Below, piece by piece: positions 1 to 13,132 of a stretch of DNA of 64,000 bases. The notes beneath the pieces were generated by a model, which was not told where the DNA came from, did no database searches, and saw only the letters and a program-made list of their open reading frames with translations. The position numbers and the translations under genes are program-made. Source of the stretch: an uncultured delta proteobacterium (lineage in GTDB: Bacteria > Desulfobacterota > Desulfobacteria > Desulfobacterales > Desulfatirhabdiaceae); assembly GCA_963789395.1 (NCBI GenBank), contig CAWBKP010000011.1:128001-192000 (forward strand), given 5' to 3'. The stretch's first letter is position 1; each line of letters begins with the position of its first letter.

Positions 1-1
1 T

Positions 2-508
2 AGCGGACATATCCTCTGCCAGAGTGAGCCGGGAAAGGGAACGTCTTTTCTGCTTTATTTTCCAGCATATACCACAGTGCCCATGGCGCCGGTAAAAGCC
101 GATTCGCCTGCGGAGGTTCAGAGCGGCAAGGAAACCATTCTCCTGGTTGATGACGACCCGTCCATACGGGAATTCGGCCAGGAGCTTCTGGAACGCTACG
201 GTTACCGGGTTCTGCTGGCTGAAAGCGGAGAAGCTGCGCTTTTGCAGTTCAGGACGCATTCCACGGACATTGACATGACAATACTGGATCTGGGAATGCC
301 GGGAATGGGCGGATATCGATGTCTAAAGGAACTTTTAAAAATTGATTCGTCCGCCCGTATTCTGATTGCAAGCGGTTACGGTCCGGCCGGCCAGGCCCAG
401 GACGCTTTGAATTCAGGAGCCAAAGGATTCATCAGCAAACCCTACCGCATCGAGGACATGCTGACGGCAATTCGAAAGATCATTGAACCTGCAGGAGACA
501 AAAATTGA
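2..508 (+). CDS. Hybrid sensor histidine kinase, C-terminal part (end of HATPase_c + receiver domain); 5' truncated by window
   Basis: Frame is open from position 2 (SGHILCQSEPGKGTSFLLYFPA, HATPase end), then REC domain ILLVDDD...ILDLGMPGMGG...KPY. Confidence 0.9.
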   Translation, partial: SGHILCQSEPGKGTSFLLYFPAYTTVPMAPVKADSPAEVQSGKETILLVDDDPSIREFGQELLERYGYRVLLAESGEAALLQFRTHSTDIDMTILDLGMPGMGGYRCLKELLKIDSSARILIASGYGPAGQAQDALNSGAKGFISKPYRIEDMLTAIRKIIEPAGDKN

Positions 509-576
509 AGCCGCGCAACACTCCCTGCAGCGTCTTAAAAAGGAAATCGTTATGCCACGCATGCGATTAAAACAAA

Positions 577-1023
577 ATGGGTGAACATATTCAGCTGCAA
601 CTGGCGATAAATCCGCCATCGGAGCCAAAAAAATACTTCTGGTGCAAGAAACGCGAAATGAACCGTGTGTTCGCCACCTGTGTCAGGTGCAAGCACTATC
701 CCTGCGATTATTGCACACCCAGCAGGATTCGGGAACTGGCAAATACAGACTATGTAGTCATAAAAAATGTAACACTTATAAGCATAAGGAGAAAATTCGT
801 GCTGGTAAAAATGAAAGACGGCTCTTACAAAGAATTGGATATAGATGTTAAATCTCCGAACCCGGAACTGCTCAAAGATGTTGAAGAGGTATATGTGATC
901 TCAAAGGTGCTGATCCCGGTGCTGACCCTGCGGGCAAAAAACGAGAGCGACAGCATCGAAACGATCCGTGACCCGGCGCCTGCGGAGACTAAAAGCCGGC
1001 AGAAAAAAGAAACACCGAATTAA
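577..1023 (+). CDS. Hypothetical protein with N-terminal Cys cluster (possible Zn-binding)
   Basis: 148-aa ORF containing WC-x11-CVRC-x4-CDYC; no family recognised. Confidence 0.6.
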   Translation: MGEHIQLQLAINPPSEPKKYFWCKKREMNRVFATCVRCKHYPCDYCTPSRIRELANTDYVVIKNVTLISIRRKFVLVKMKDGSYKELDIDVKSPNPELLKDVEEVYVISKVLIPVLTLRAKNESDSIETIRDPAPAETKSRQKKETPN

Positions 1024-1463
1024 GCAAATACAGATGCCTGCTCTCGATGGTTGTTGCCGGATGCACTGCATCCTCATGGCTGCATGACGCAGCAGTTTTC
1101 CGGACAATGGTTTATTCAAACAGTATTTATGCTGAATGCTTCATCTTTTTCTTGACAATAGCCTTCAGTACAAATATCTATAACCGTTACGTTATTATTA
1201 ACAGAGCCTTAACTAAAATATTTATTTCGTGCCTGATCGGAAATCTCGTTATTTTATTAAGTTGAAACAATATTCAAAATCGCAATACTCGAAATTGAGG
1301 GTTTTCATACGGATTATTTTGGTCATTTTGAATTATATGTTTCGGATTTCTTTGGATTCTACTGAACAGTGTAACCCTTTGTTATGATTTGCCTGGATTG
1401 CGCCCCGAACCGGGGCGTTGATGATGCGGCGTTTCTAGAAAAAGCCAAAAGGTTCTTCACCAT

Positions 1464-3657
1464 ATGCCAATCCATACTGCTCTGGCAGATCAGCTATCCA
1501 ATTTTAAACACATCCCGACGCTTCCTCACATCCTGCTTCAGCTGATCAAAACCTGCAATGAGGAAAATGGCGGCCTTAAAGATATTTCCAAGGTTATTGA
1601 AAAAGACCCGGCCCTGACCACCCGCGTCCTGAGGCTGGTGAACTCCGCCTATTACGCAAACAAGCAACGTATTTCAAATATTCATAATGCAGTCGGGTTT
1701 CTCGGAACCAACGCCATCAAAAACATCGCCATCTGCAGTTCCGTTCACGAAGTCTTTCAAACCGTCAACTCCAAAATCGGGCTTTAATTTAAAACAGTTC
1801 TGGTGGCACTCGTTACGGTGCGCGGTTCTGGCAAAACAGATCGCAAGAAACCGGAATTTCAATAATCCGGATGAAGCGTTCCTTGCCGGTTTGCTTCATG
1901 ACATCGGCAAAATCATTTTATGGGTCAATTTTCCGCAGCCTTATTCAGAGCTGCTGGAAACACACAAGGGTAGACCCGAATTGATTCTGGCCGGAGAAGC
2001 CCAGTTTGGTGCCACCCATGCGGAAATCGGGGCGTGCCTCCTGGACAAATGGAATTTTCAATCCTTTATTGCTGACTCCGTCCGTTACCACCACTATTCT
2101 CAGAGCCGAATTCTGGACGCGCTGCCTTTGGTGAAATTTATTTATGTGGCCAATGCCCTGTGCAAAAATTCCGGCCGGAATATCAACGAAGGGCTAGGGG
2201 CGGCCCAGGAAATTTTTGGATTCACCCCGGCGGTGGTTGAGGAATTATTGTCCGGGGCCGATGTGGAACTGAAAGCCATAGCTGATTCCCTGAACATCGG
2301 GATCGAACCCTGCAACTCCCAGGAGCCCGTCTGTTCGGAAAATGACCGCGAGAATCAAATCAACCTGATTAAAGAAGTCAGGGACCGGTCGCTACTCCTG
2401 GGCACGGTGGAAAACCTGCTGGCTGCAACCGACGAAACGCAGATATGGAAAGAATCTTTCCAGGGGCTTCAAAACCTCTTTGATATCTCCCTGGTTTTAT
2501 TTTTTATCTTTGACCCTGAAAAAAAAGGCCTTCGCGGGGTGACGCCTTCGGACGACAGTAAATTTTCAATGATCAAGGACTTGATTATTCCTATGCAGAT
2601 GGAAAAAAGTCTCTTGATCGAATGCCTGCAAACACGTGCAATTGCCGACTCCTTCACCCGATCCGCCAACGTTGTCCCCGCCATCATCGATGAGCAGATC
2701 ATTCGCCTTCTGGGAAAGGAAGGATTGCTGTGTATCCCCATGATCGCCTATGGTGAAAAAGTCGGCGCAATCGTTCTGGGTATTGACAGCCGGGAATTTT
2801 CACTGCTTACGGCACAGCGCAAGTCACTCAAGATGCTGGTGGATCAAACCGCCGTTGCCATTCGCGTTCATCATTCCAGGAGATCTCAACTTAAAGAGAT
2901 TCAAACGGAACGCCTTGGCGCATCATCCTCCATGGCACGAAGGGTTATTCACGAAGTGAACAACCCACTGGGTATCATCAAGAACTACCTGAGAATTTTA
3001 GGAATGAAACTTGCTGCCGCAGACATGGCACAGGAGGAAATCAAGATTCTCAATGAAGAAATTGATCGCGTCGCCCAGATCCTTCGCAATCTGAACGGCG
3101 ATTCCGAAGACTGGGTCCGCAAACTCGAAGCCGTTGATGTAAATGCCGTGATCTCGGACATACTAAAAATCACCCGGGAATCGCTGCTCAATCATTTCAG
3201 TGTCCAACTTCATTTTGACCCCGATACTACACTCCCCACGGTCATGGCCGATAAAAACAGCCTGAAACAGGTATTCATCAACCTGATGAAGAACGCCTTT
3301 GAAGCCATGCCGGACGGCGGCAATCTGCATATTCGCACCCGCCACGTCTCCAGCCAACTTGCCGGGGGACATTCTGACTGCAACTTCGAATACCCGGGAT
3401 ATGTGGAAATCACCATCAGTGATGACGGACCGGGAATCCCCGCCGAAATCAAGACCCGCTTGTTTGAACCCTATGCCAGTACCAAACGGGGCAATCACTC
3501 CGGACTGGGGCTTTCCATTGTTCATACCATCATTCAGACATTAAAAGGCACGATCAGTTGCGAGAGTGATCCGGGCGACGGCACGACATTCAGGATCTGC
3601 CTGCCCACCGCCTATACGGATAAGGCTTTGCTGAGGAGGGAGACGAATGAGTTGTAG
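1464..3657 (+). CDS. HDOD-GAF-HisKA-HATPase sensor histidine kinase (1-nt frameshift near 1775)
   Basis: PTLPHIL, DPALTTRVLRLVNSAYY, FWWHSLRCA, AGLLHDIGK (HDOD); HEVNNPL, INLMKNA, DDGPGIP, GLGLSIV (kinase). Removing one A from ccaaaatc joins ORFs 1464..1787 and 1687..3657. Confidence 0.88.
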
Positions 3658-5686
3658 CCCGAAAATCTTAATCGCCGATGATGAGCCCAGGTTCTGCGAG
3701 AGCTTGAGCTTTCTGTTGATCGGTCAGGGATATGATATCCACACAACCACCTCGGGAAAAGAGGCTCAGCATTTACTTTCGACCCTTCAGTTTGAACTGG
3801 CGCTTCTGGATCTTGCAATCCCTGAAGTCGACGGTATGCAACTGATGGACCATATCAACAGCCAGTGCCCGGATACATCCGTGATTGTTGTCACCGGAAA
3901 CGGCAGCCTGGACGCCGCTGTGAGCGCACTGCGGAAAGGGGCCTACGATTTTCTCCGAAAGCCTTTTGAATACGAGGAATTGCTCACAACCATCAAGAAC
4001 GCGCTGAACCAGAAAAAACTCAAAAAAGAAAAATCGGTCATCAACGAGAAGCTGGAAGTTTCTGAAGACCGCTATCAGTATCTTGTCCAGAATTCTCCGG
4101 ATATCATCTATACCCTGGACAGTGACAGCAACTTCACTTTTGTCAGCAACTCCGTTGAACGCATTCTGGGCATTGAAAACAGCCAGCTTATCGGAAAGCA
4201 CTACACCTATCTGATTCATGAAGACGACCTGGAAAAGGCCAAATGGACTTTCAACGAAAGACGAACCGGAGACAGGGCGACTTCCTGGATCGAATTGCGG
4301 CTGAAATCTTTCAAGGGCGATGAGCAGGCAGTGACCTGCGATGTGAAACACGTCACCGTCGAATTGAAATGCATCGGCATGTATGCCAGGCAGCCATCCG
4401 GAAAGGCATTGTCTTATCTCGGCACACATGGTGTGGCCAGGGATATCAGCGACAGGAAACGTCTTGAAAAGCAGCTTCAGCAGGCCAACAAGATGAAGGC
4501 CATCGGCACGCTGGCAGGCGGCATCGCTCATGATTTCAACAATCTGCTGATGGTGATTCGCGGACACATCTCGCTGATGCTCATGAAAAACGACGTTTCG
4601 CACCCCAATCAAGAGCGGCTGAGAAAAATCGAGGACAGCATTCAGAGCGCGGCAACCCTCACCAGCCAGCTTCTGGGTTTTGCAAGGGGGGGGAAATATC
4701 AGGTTAAACCCGTCAATCTAAATGCACTGCTCAGGGAATCCTCGGAGATGTTTGTCCGCACGAAAAAAGAAATCGTAACACGCGAGCAGTATGAAAAAAA
4801 CATATGGACCGTGGATGCAGACAAAGGCCAGATCGAACAGGTATTTCTGAACCTTTATGTGAACGCCTCCCAGGCCATGCGTTCGGGAGGAGAGCTTTTT
4901 CTGGCAACCGAGAATATCTACCTCGACATCTGCTCGGATAGGCCATTTAACCTGGCACCCGGCAGATATGTTAAAATCACGGTAGCGGACAACGGCACCG
5001 GAATGGATGAAAAAACCAAGCAACGCATTTTCGAGCCGTTTTTTACCACCAAGGAAATGGGCAGAGGCACGGGACTCGGGCTTGCTTCGGCCTATGGCAT
5101 CATCAAGAACCACAAAGGCATGATTGATGTGGAAAGCCAGCTCGGCGTGGGAACGACGTTCTGCATTTATCTGCCGGCTTCCGAACAGGATGTGGAAAAA
5201 GACGATAGTCCGTATGAAGTCATATTGAAAGGGTCCGAAACCGTTCTGCTGGTTGATGATGAAGACAAGATCCTGGATGTGGGAAGGGGAATGCTGTCCG
5301 CCCTGGGGTACAATGTTCTGGCCGCCGGAAACGGCAAGCAGGCAATCGCCTTATATGAAGCCAACCGGAACAAGATAGACGTTGTTATTCTTGACATGAT
5401 CATGCCGGGGATGGGCGGGGGGGAAACCTATGACGCCCTTAAAAAAATCAATCCGGACGTAAAAGTGCTGCTATGCAGCGGCTACAGCGAGGGCGGGCAG
5501 GCGGCGGAAATTTTGCTGCGCGGCTGCACAAGTTTTATTCAAAAACCATTCAATATCAATGGATTATCCCAGAAAATAAGAGAAATCATCGATCTGCCGA
5601 TGCTTCCTTTAGTGAATTCCGAGCACGCCGCGTCACCCGGTTGTATCCATTCCTTGAAGCGACAACCGTTCCACGGCCGTCATTAA
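3647..5686 (+). CDS. Hybrid histidine kinase/response regulator (REC-PAS-HisKA-HATPase-REC)
   Basis: N-terminal [33 protein letters not shown]...GTGLGL; C-terminal REC VLLVDDE. Confidence 0.93.
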   Translation: MSCSPKILIADDEPRFCESLSFLLIGQGYDIHTTTSGKEAQHLLSTLQFELALLDLAIPEVDGMQLMDHINSQCPDTSVIVVTGNGSLDAAVSALRKGAYDFLRKPFEYEELLTTIKNALNQKKLKKEKSVINEKLEVSEDRYQYLVQNSPDIIYTLDSDSNFTFVSNSVERILGIENSQLIGKHYTYLIHEDDLEKAKWTFNERRTGDRATSWIELRLKSFKGDEQAVTCDVKHVTVELKCIGMYARQPSGKALSYLGTHGVARDISDRKRLEKQLQQANKMKAIGTLAGGIAHDFNNLLMVIRGHISLMLMKNDVSHPNQERLRKIEDSIQSAATLTSQLLGFARGGKYQVKPVNLNALLRESSEMFVRTKKEIVTREQYEKNIWTVDADKGQIEQVFLNLYVNASQAMRSGGELFLATENIYLDICSDRPFNLAPGRYVKITVADNGTGMDEKTKQRIFEPFFTTKEMGRGTGLGLASAYGIIKNHKGMIDVESQLGVGTTFCIYLPASEQDVEKDDSPYEVILKGSETVLLVDDEDKILDVGRGMLSALGYNVLAAGNGKQAIALYEANRNKIDVVILDMIMPGMGGGETYDALKKINPDVKVLLCSGYSEGGQAAEILLRGCTSFIQKPFNINGLSQKIREIIDLPMLPLVNSEHAASPGCIHSLKRQPFHGRH

Positions 5687-6287
5687 CGGGGCTGAAGGCG
5701 GCATCACATAAATTTCCTGCACCGGATGCTTTCCGTGAATCCCGGAGTAAAAAGATCTGATCTGCTGCATGTCCGCATGGATAATCGCCGGAAGGTTGAT
5801 ACACCGGGCCGATACCGCCGACTTTTGTCCGATAATTCAAAAATCCAAGCACCACCGGAACATTTGCGCCCAGGGCGATATAATAAAAACCCGTTTTCCA
5901 TTTCATGACATTGCTGCGTGTCCCGGCAGGCGGGATGGTGACAACCAGATTCTCATCAGCAGAAAATCGTTGAATCATCTGAGCGACCATGTTGTTGGAT
6001 TTAGACCGGTCAACGGGAATGCCGCCCAGCCATTTGAACATCCCGCGAAACGGCCAGCGGAACAGACTGTCTTTTCCCATCCAGTAAATTTTACCTTTCA
6101 GCGCAAAAGTCAGACACAATGTAATGGGAAAATCCCAATTGGACGTGTGGGGGGCTGCAATCAGAACATATTTGGCAATGGGCGGAAACCGGCCTTCAAT
6201 ACGCCATCCCCTCATTCTAAAGACAAACAGGGAAATCCATCGCATCAGCGTTCGGATGACCGGCGTATCGAATATGGTATAATGCAT
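5633..6287 (-). CDS. Lysophospholipid/glycerol acyltransferase (PlsC family); probable frameshift near 5782
   Basis: APHTSNWD HxxxxD motif, GGIPVDRS, KWKTGFYYIA. Deleting one T restores GDIHADMQQIRSFYSGIHGK, with stop at 5633. Confidence 0.82.
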
Positions 6288-6426
6288 GAAAGCGTGCTCC
6301 TTGCGTCGTGGCAGTTAAGTCATCAACTGACGACGGACTGTTTTTCCAAGCCCATGTTCAATTGAGTCGAAAATGATATGTTATTGTGTAACAATGCGAA
6401 GGAAAAACATAGCAGTATCTACGGCA

Positions 6427-9264
6427 TTACATTTGTTTTACAAAGGATGGGAACAAGTGAGGGGTTAAATACTGCCCGGTGTAAGAGCCGGGAATCTGAG
6501 TCAGCGCTTCCGGCGTTCCGAAACCGACCACCTGCCCGCCACCATCCCCGCCTTCAGGACCCAGATCGATCAGGTAATCTGCGGATTTGATCACATCCAG
6601 CTGATGCTCGATGACCAGCACGGTGTTTCCGGCATCTACCAACCGGTTCAGGATATTCAGAAGATTCTGTATATCCGCGACATGAAGGCCCGTTGTGGGC
6701 TCATCCAGAATATACAGGGTTTTGCCTGTCCCTCTTTTGGAAAGCTCGCTGCTCAGCTTGACCCGCTGGGCCTCGCCGCCGGACAATGTGGTTGCGGCCT
6801 GTCCCAGGCGGATATACTCGAGTCCGACATCGGATAAGGTCTGAAGCCGGGAGTGAACAGCCGGAATTTTTTCAAAAAACCGCAACGACTGATGGACCGT
6901 CATGTCCAGAACTTCGGCAATGTGTTTTCCCCGGTAGCGGATTTCCAGAGTTTCCCGGTTGTAGCGCTTTCCCCGGCACACGTCACAGGTGACATAGACA
7001 TCCGGCAGGAAATGCATTTCGATCTTGATGAGCCCATCCCCGCTGCAGGCCTCGCAGCGCCCGCCCTTGACATTGAAACTGAAACGGCCGGCTTTAAATC
7101 CCCTGAGCCGGGCATCCTGAGTTCTTGAAAACAGATCGCGGATATGCGTAAATATTCCGGTATAGGTAGCAGGATTGGAGCGGGGCGTCCGTCCGATGGG
7201 CGATTGATCGATATTGACCACCTTGTCGATCGCCTCCAGGCCTTCCAGCCGGCTGTAAGGACCGGCCGAAGTCCGGGAATGGTACAATCGCTGAACCAGG
7301 GCACCGTAAAGGGTCTCCAGCACCAGCGTGGACTTTCCGGACCCCGACACCCCGGTAATGCAGACCAAACATCCCAGGGGAATCTCGGCGCGGATGTGTT
7401 TGAGATTGTTCCCGGAGGCACCCTCTATTACAATCCGGCTGCCGTTCCCCGGTCTGCGCCTTAAAGGAACCTCGATTCTCTTTTGACCCGAAAGATACTG
7501 TCCGGTAAGGGACCGGCCGTCCTGAACCAAATTCTGCGGCGTTCCTGAAAACATGACTTCTCCACCGAGAATGCCGGCCCCCGGCCCCATGTCTACGACA
7601 TGATCGGCTGCCCGGATGGTCTCTTCATCGTGTTCAACCACCAGTACGGTGTTTCCCAGATCCCGCATCTGATTCAGGGCGGACAGAAGCCGCTGATTGT
7701 CCCGCTGGTGAAGTCCGACACTGGGTTCATCCAGAACATAAAGGACCCCGGTCAGTTTCGAGCCGATCTGAGTGGCCAGGCGAATGCGCTGGCTTTCACC
7801 ACCGGAAAGGGTGTTGGCGGAACGGTCCAGCGTGAGATACGAAAGCCCGACATGGTTCAAAAAGCCCAGACGTTCGACCACTTCCTTAAGGATGCGCTCG
7901 GAAATCACCTGCCGAGGTCCCGAAAGCGCCATTTCCTTGAAATATCCCAGTGCGGCGCCGACCGAAAGCGCCGCCAGATCGCTCAGGTTCCGGCCCTGAA
8001 TCCGAACCGAGAGGGCTGCCGCATTCAGTCTTGCCCCCCGGCATTCCGAACAGGGCCGGTAACTCATATACTGCTGAATTTCCTCTCTTGCGGCCGAGGA
8101 GTCCGTCTCCTTGTATCGGCGCTCCAGCTTGGGGATGATACCTTCAAAAGGACGGGCATAAAAAATACGGCGATCGTTACGCTCGATATAAAATTGAATG
8201 GGTATGTCCTTGGAACCATGAAGCAGGGCATGCTTGAACGGCTCGGGAAACAGCTTGTAAGGGGTATAGATATCCGTCCCGTAAGCGGCTGTCAGAGCCT
8301 CCAGAAACTCGATGAAATGCAGGGAATCACGTTTTGCCCAGAGCACGACCGCCCCTTCCCTCAGGGACAGTTCCGGATTGGGGATGACGAGATCCGGATC
8401 CACGGCGGTTGTCGCGCCAAGGCCGTTGCACCGGGGACAGGCCCCATGCGGGGAATTAAAGGAAAAGCTGGCAGGTGAAAACGGCGGATAACTGATCCCG
8501 CAGGTGACACAGATCGCTTTTTCGCTAAAGAGAATGGGCTCCCGGCCTGCGATGTCTATCGTTGCCTGTCCACCGGACAGGGACAGGGCCAGCTCGAGAG
8601 AGTCGGACAGACGGTTCTCAAGCCCCTGCTTGACGATCAGGCGATCCACCACCACATCAATCGTGTGTCTGGTCTTTTCAGTCAGGGTGCCGATATCCTG
8701 GATATCCTGTAGCACGCCGTCCACACGAACTTTCGAAAACCCCTGACGAACAAGCTGCTTGAACAGCTTGTCATGACCGCCGGTCTCACCCGACACAAGC
8801 GGAGACAGAAGCACGATGCGCGTGCCCGGATCAAGGGACATCAACCGGTCCACCATCTGATCCAGGCTCTGGCTGACAATCGGTTTTCCGCACCGATGGC
8901 AGTAAGGGATGCCGACTCTGGCAAACAGCAGCCTCAGGTAGTCATATATTTCCGTTACCGTTCCAACGGTTGACCGGGGATTATGGCTTGCGGTTTTCTG
9001 CTCAATGGCAATGGCCGGAGAGAGCCCCTCGATAAAATCCACATCCGGTTTTTCCATGCGCTCCAGAAACTGGCGCGCATATGTAGACAGGGATTCCACA
9101 TATCGGCGCTGGCCTTCGGCGTACAAAGTATCAAAGGCCAGAGAGGATTTCCCGGACCCCGACAGTCCGGTGATAACGACCAGCCGGTTTCTGGGAATAT
9201 CCACATCGATATTTTTCAGGTTGTGCTGCCTGGCGCCGCGCACAGCGATGCAATCCGATGTCAT
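6427..9264 (-). CDS. uvrA: Excinuclease ABC subunit A
   Basis: [10 protein letters not shown], two Walker A ([18 protein letters not shown]), two LSGGE signatures, Zn fingers; likely start MTSDCIAV at 9264. Confidence 0.97.
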   Translation of the reverse strand: MTSDCIAVRGARQHNLKNIDVDIPRNRLVVITGLSGSGKSSLAFDTLYAEGQRRYVESLSTYARQFLERMEKPDVDFIEGLSPAIAIEQKTASHNPRSTVGTVTEIYDYLRLLFARVGIPYCHRCGKPIVSQSLDQMVDRLMSLDPGTRIVLLSPLVSGETGGHDKLFKQLVRQGFSKVRVDGVLQDIQDIGTLTEKTRHTIDVVVDRLIVKQGLENRLSDSLELALSLSGGQATIDIAGREPILFSEKAICVTCGISYPPFSPASFSFNSPHGACPRCNGLGATTAVDPDLVIPNPELSLREGAVVLWAKRDSLHFIEFLEALTAAYGTDIYTPYKLFPEPFKHALLHGSKDIPIQFYIERNDRRIFYARPFEGIIPKLERRYKETDSSAAREEIQQYMSYRPCSECRGARLNAAALSVRIQGRNLSDLAALSVGAALGYFKEMALSGPRQVISERILKEVVERLGFLNHVGLSYLTLDRSANTLSGGESQRIRLATQIGSKLTGVLYVLDEPSVGLHQRDNQRLLSALNQMRDLGNTVLVVEHDEETIRAADHVVDMGPGAGILGGEVMFSGTPQNLVQDGRSLTGQYLSGQKRIEVPLRRRPGNGSRIVIEGASGNNLKHIRAEIPLGCLVCITGVSGSGKSTLVLETLYGALVQRLYHSRTSAGPYSRLEGLEAIDKVVNIDQSPIGRTPRSNPATYTGIFTHIRDLFSRTQDARLRGFKAGRFSFNVKGGRCEACSGDGLIKIEMHFLPDVYVTCDVCRGKRYNRETLEIRYRGKHIAEVLDMTVHQSLRFFEKIPAVHSRLQTLSDVGLEYIRLGQAATTLSGGEAQRVKLSSELSKRGTGKTLYILDEPTTGLHVADIQNLLNILNRLVDAGNTVLVIEHQLDVIKSADYLIDLGPEGGDGGGQVVGFGTPEALTQIPGSYTGQYLTPHLFPSFVKQM

Positions 9265-9290
9265 CGGCAATTCCCCAATCATATAAACAC

Positions 9291-9325
9291 AAGACCCCGG
9301 AAGGGGTAATCCCATCGGGGCCTTG
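9291..9325 (-). terminator. GC-rich hairpin between alaS and uvrA (possible terminator/attenuator)
   Basis: Imperfect stem aagaccccg...cggggcctt, followed on the minus strand by gtgttt. Confidence 0.35.
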
Positions 9326-9354
9326 GATAAAAGACGAAACAGATCTGACAGGAC

Positions 9355-11995
9355 TTACCCTCTGCCAATCACCTCGATGGCTTTTTTCAGGGCATCATCC
9401 AATTTATCCGGCAGTGTGCCGCCAGCCTGAGCCATGTCGGGCCTGCCGCCACCGCTGCCGCCGACAACAGCGGAAATCTCCTTGACAATATTGCCGGCAT
9501 GAAACCGTTTGACCAGGTCTTTGGTTACCAAAGCAATCAGCAGGACTTTTCCGGCAGCTTCACTTCCCAGGACAACCACCCCGGATTTGATTTTGTCCTT
9601 GAACTGATCCCCCATATCCCGAAGCACTGTCGGTGCATCGGCTGCGACTTTTTTCACCAGAACCGAAACGCCCTGAATCATCTGAATGTCATCCATTGCA
9701 GCATGCATCGAGCCGGCCGTAAGTTGCGATTTAAGCTTTTCCACTTCTTTTTCATGGGCTTTTTGCTGGGACAGCATTTTTTCAATGCGAAGGGGGATCT
9801 CTTCCGGCTTACTTTTCAACAGACCGGCGCTTTCCTGAATCAAGCGAAACGACTTTAGAATATGGTCCATGGCCGCTTCACCGGTAAAGGCCTCGATGCG
9901 CCGGACCCCGGAAGCCACACTGGCCTCCGAAATGATCTTAAACACCCCGATGTTCCCCGTACGCTGCGTATGCGTTCCGCCGCAAAGCTCCTTGCTGAAG
10001 GTTTCAAGTGAAATAACACGCACCCGGTCCCCGTATTTTTCCTCAAACAAGGCCGTAGCACCGGATTTAAAGGCAGCCTCGGCGTCCATTTCTTCAATAT
10101 GCACCGGAACATTTTCCCGGATTCGCTGATTCACCATTCTTTCGATCTGTTCCAGGGAATCGGAATCCACCTGAGAAAAGTGGGTAAAATCAAAACGAAG
10201 CCGCTCTGCGCTGACAAGAGATCCCGCCTGCTTGACATGGTCTCCGAGCACGTTCCGCAGGGCGGCATGGAGAATATGGGTGGCCGTGTGGTTGCATGCA
10301 GTTGCTTCCCGCTGGACGGCGTCCACCGTAAGGGTGACGGCATCTCCTTTTCGAATGCATCCGGAAAGAACCGTTCCCTGATGAATGATGATTCCGGCAG
10401 GATCCTTAATGGTTCCGGTCACCCGGATCTCAAGTCCGGAAAGGGTGTCGCCTCCGGTAATGGTGCCGACATCCCCGACCTGACCGCCGGATTCACCATA
10501 AAACGGGGTGATGGCCGTAACGATCTCAATTTTCTCTCCTGTTGATGCTTCCGGGATTTCCCGGCCGTCAACTGCCAGGACCAGGACAGTCGCAATGCAG
10601 GACTGCTGGCGATAGCCGACAAATTCCGGCCGGATGCCGCCGGCCGAAAGCTGCACGAACGCATCTCCTGCACTGGCGAATTTCGCAACAGAGCGCGACT
10701 GGTTCCGCTGAACTTCCATGGCCGATTCAAAACCGGTCATATCAACGCTCATGCGTTCATCCCGGATCACGTCCCGAACAATGTCAACCGGAAATCCGAA
10801 CGTGTCATAGAGCTTGAAGACCACATTTCCAGGAACCTCGGTGAGACCCTTGGCTTTCATATCGCTAAAGCGTATCGTTTAAGAGCTTGAGACCGTTGTC
10901 CAGTGTTTCGGAAAACCGGCGCTCTTCATTCTGAATCACGTTCGTAATGAAGGCATAGGCATCGGAAAGCTCCGGGTAGGCAGGCTTCATGAGATCGCAG
11001 ACAGCGCCTGCGGTTTTATGGAGAAACGGCCGGGTCAGGCCGATGTTTCTTCCGTAGCGGATGGCCCGCCGCATGATCCGCCGCAGGACATATCCCCTTC
11101 CCTCGTTTGACGGCAGGACCCCGTCCCCGATCAGGAATGCGGCCGCGCGGCTGTGATCGGCAATGACCTTCATGGCCACATCGCTTTCATGGGAATCTCC
11201 CAGCCGTTTCCCGCAGAGGGCTTCGGCTTCCTTCATGATGGGCATGATCAGATCCGTGTCATAATTGGTGTCCACATTCTGGACAACGGACACGATCCGC
11301 TCAAGGCCCATACCCGTATCAATACTGGGTTTGGGAAGGGGCGTCATTTTACCGGTTTCATCCCGGTTGAACTGCATGAACACCAGATTCCATATCTCCA
11401 GATACCGGTCGCATTCGCACCCCACCCGGCACTCCGGCTGTCCGCACCCGTAGCGTTCGCCACGGTCGATCAAAATTTCCGAACAGGGTCCGCAGGGACC
11501 GGTATCTCCCATTGCCCAGAAATTGTCCTTTTCGCCGAACCGGACAATCCGCTCTTCCGGGATGCCGATGTTCCTGTGCCACAGGTCGTAGGCCTCATCA
11601 TCATCCAAATATACGGAGGCATACAGCTTATCCGCCGGCAGGCCATAGCCGTTGATCATCAGATCCCATGCAAATTCAATGGCTTTTTCCTTGAAATAAT
11701 CCCCGAAAGAAAAATTTCCCAGCATTTCAAAAAACGTGTGGTGTCTGGCCGTATAACCGACATTCTCAAGGTCGTTGTGCTTGCCGCCTGCCCGGACGCA
11801 TTTCTGGGACGTCACGGCACGGTCGTAGCCGCGTTTTTCCTCCCCGAGAAATGTGCGCTTGAACTGAACCATGCCTGCATTGGTGAACAGCAGGGTGGGA
11901 TCATCCTGGGGAACCAGGGAAGAACTTCGAACTTGCTGGTGTGAATGTTTTTTGAAAAATTCCAGGAACTGCCTGCGTACCGCATTACCCGTCAT
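9355..11995 (-). CDS. alaS: Alanine--tRNA ligase (1-nt frameshift near 10867)
   Basis: [57 protein letters not shown]. ORFs 10865..12007 and 9355..10860 join on removing one T (CTT T AGC GAT). Confidence 0.96.
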
Positions 11996-12037
11996 AGATC
12001 GCTCCATTAAAATATCAGGTGGGAAGGCGAATTATCT

Positions 12038-13099
12038 TCAGTCTTCAGCCTTCGGCCGTTTATCTTCAGCCTTCATTGTTTGTTTAGATGTCTCTTCCTT
12101 CTTGACGACAATCCCCATGCTTTCTCTGACCCGTGTCAAAATTGACTGATATGTCTCCGGATTCTCCAGAAAATAGGATTTTACGTTCTGCCTGCCCTGC
12201 CCGATCCTCTCTCCCTGATACGCATACCAGGAGCCGCTTTTTTCGATGATGCCCACCTCGACACCGACATCCAGGAGATCTCCTGCCGCCGAAATGCCTT
12301 CTCCATAAAGAATATCGAATTCCGCTTCCCGAAACGGCGGCGCCAGCTTGTTCTTCACAACCCGGACCTTGGTGCGGTACCCCATCTGTTCCTGAGCATC
12401 CTTGATGGGGCTGGTGCGCCGGATATCCAGCCGGACGGATGCGTAAAATTTCAACGCATTGCCGCCGGTCGTGGTTTCAGGATTTCCAAAAACCACGCCG
12501 ATTTTGGAACGGATCTGATTGATGAAAATCACGCTGGTCATGGTTTTGCTGATGGTTCCGGTCAGTTTTCGAAGGGCCTGGGACATGAGTCTGGCCTGAA
12601 GTCCCATGTGGGAATCCCCCATTTCGCCTTCAATTTCCGCACGGGGAACCAGCGCAGCCACGGAGTCAATGACCACGATATCGATGGCGCCGCTTCGCAC
12701 CAGCATGTCTGCGATTTCAAGGGCCTGCTCCCCGGTATCGGGCTGAGAAATCAGCATTTCATCACAATTGACCCCGAGTTTACGTGCATAAATCGGGTCC
12801 AGGGCATGTTCTGCATCGATAAACGCCGCGATGCCGCCCTGTTTCTGGGCGCTGGCGACCGCATGAAGGGCCAGTGTGGTTTTTCCCGATGATTCCGGAC
12901 CGAATATCTCAATCACCCTTCCCCGGGGCAGTCCGCCGATGCCAAGGGCCTTGTCCAGGGCCAGAGATCCGGTGGGAATCGTGGGAATGTCCTGCACGAC
13001 CCGGCTACCCAGCTTCATGATAGACCCTTTACCGAACTGACGCTCTATCTGGCTCATCGCCGCATCAACGGCTTTTTCCTTTTCCGGCATGGTAATCAT
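12038..13099 (-). CDS. recA: Recombinase RecA
   Basis: [37 protein letters not shown] aggagg before ATG at 13099. Confidence 0.98.
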   Translation of the reverse strand: MITMPEKEKAVDAAMSQIERQFGKGSIMKLGSRVVQDIPTIPTGSLALDKALGIGGLPRGRVIEIFGPESSGKTTLALHAVASAQKQGGIAAFIDAEHALDPIYARKLGVNCDEMLISQPDTGEQALEIADMLVRSGAIDIVVIDSVAALVPRAEIEGEMGDSHMGLQARLMSQALRKLTGTISKTMTSVIFINQIRSKIGVVFGNPETTTGGNALKFYASVRLDIRRTSPIKDAQEQMGYRTKVRVVKNKLAPPFREAEFDILYGEGISAAGDLLDVGVEVGIIEKSGSWYAYQGERIGQGRQNVKSYFLENPETYQSILTRVRESMGIVVKKEETSKQTMKAEDKRPKAED

Positions 13100-13132
13100 A
13101 TGCCCTCCTTCTGTCTTTATAAACGATTTGGA

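Noticed and set aside
1047..1265. 72-aa ORF and possible riboswitch upstream of the HDOD kinase
   Set aside because: AT-rich intergenic-like sequence; the hairpins match no riboswitch consensus I recognise
9355..12007. Genuinely split alaS or programmed frameshift
   Set aside because: One extra T in a short run explains it, and similar indels occur throughout the window
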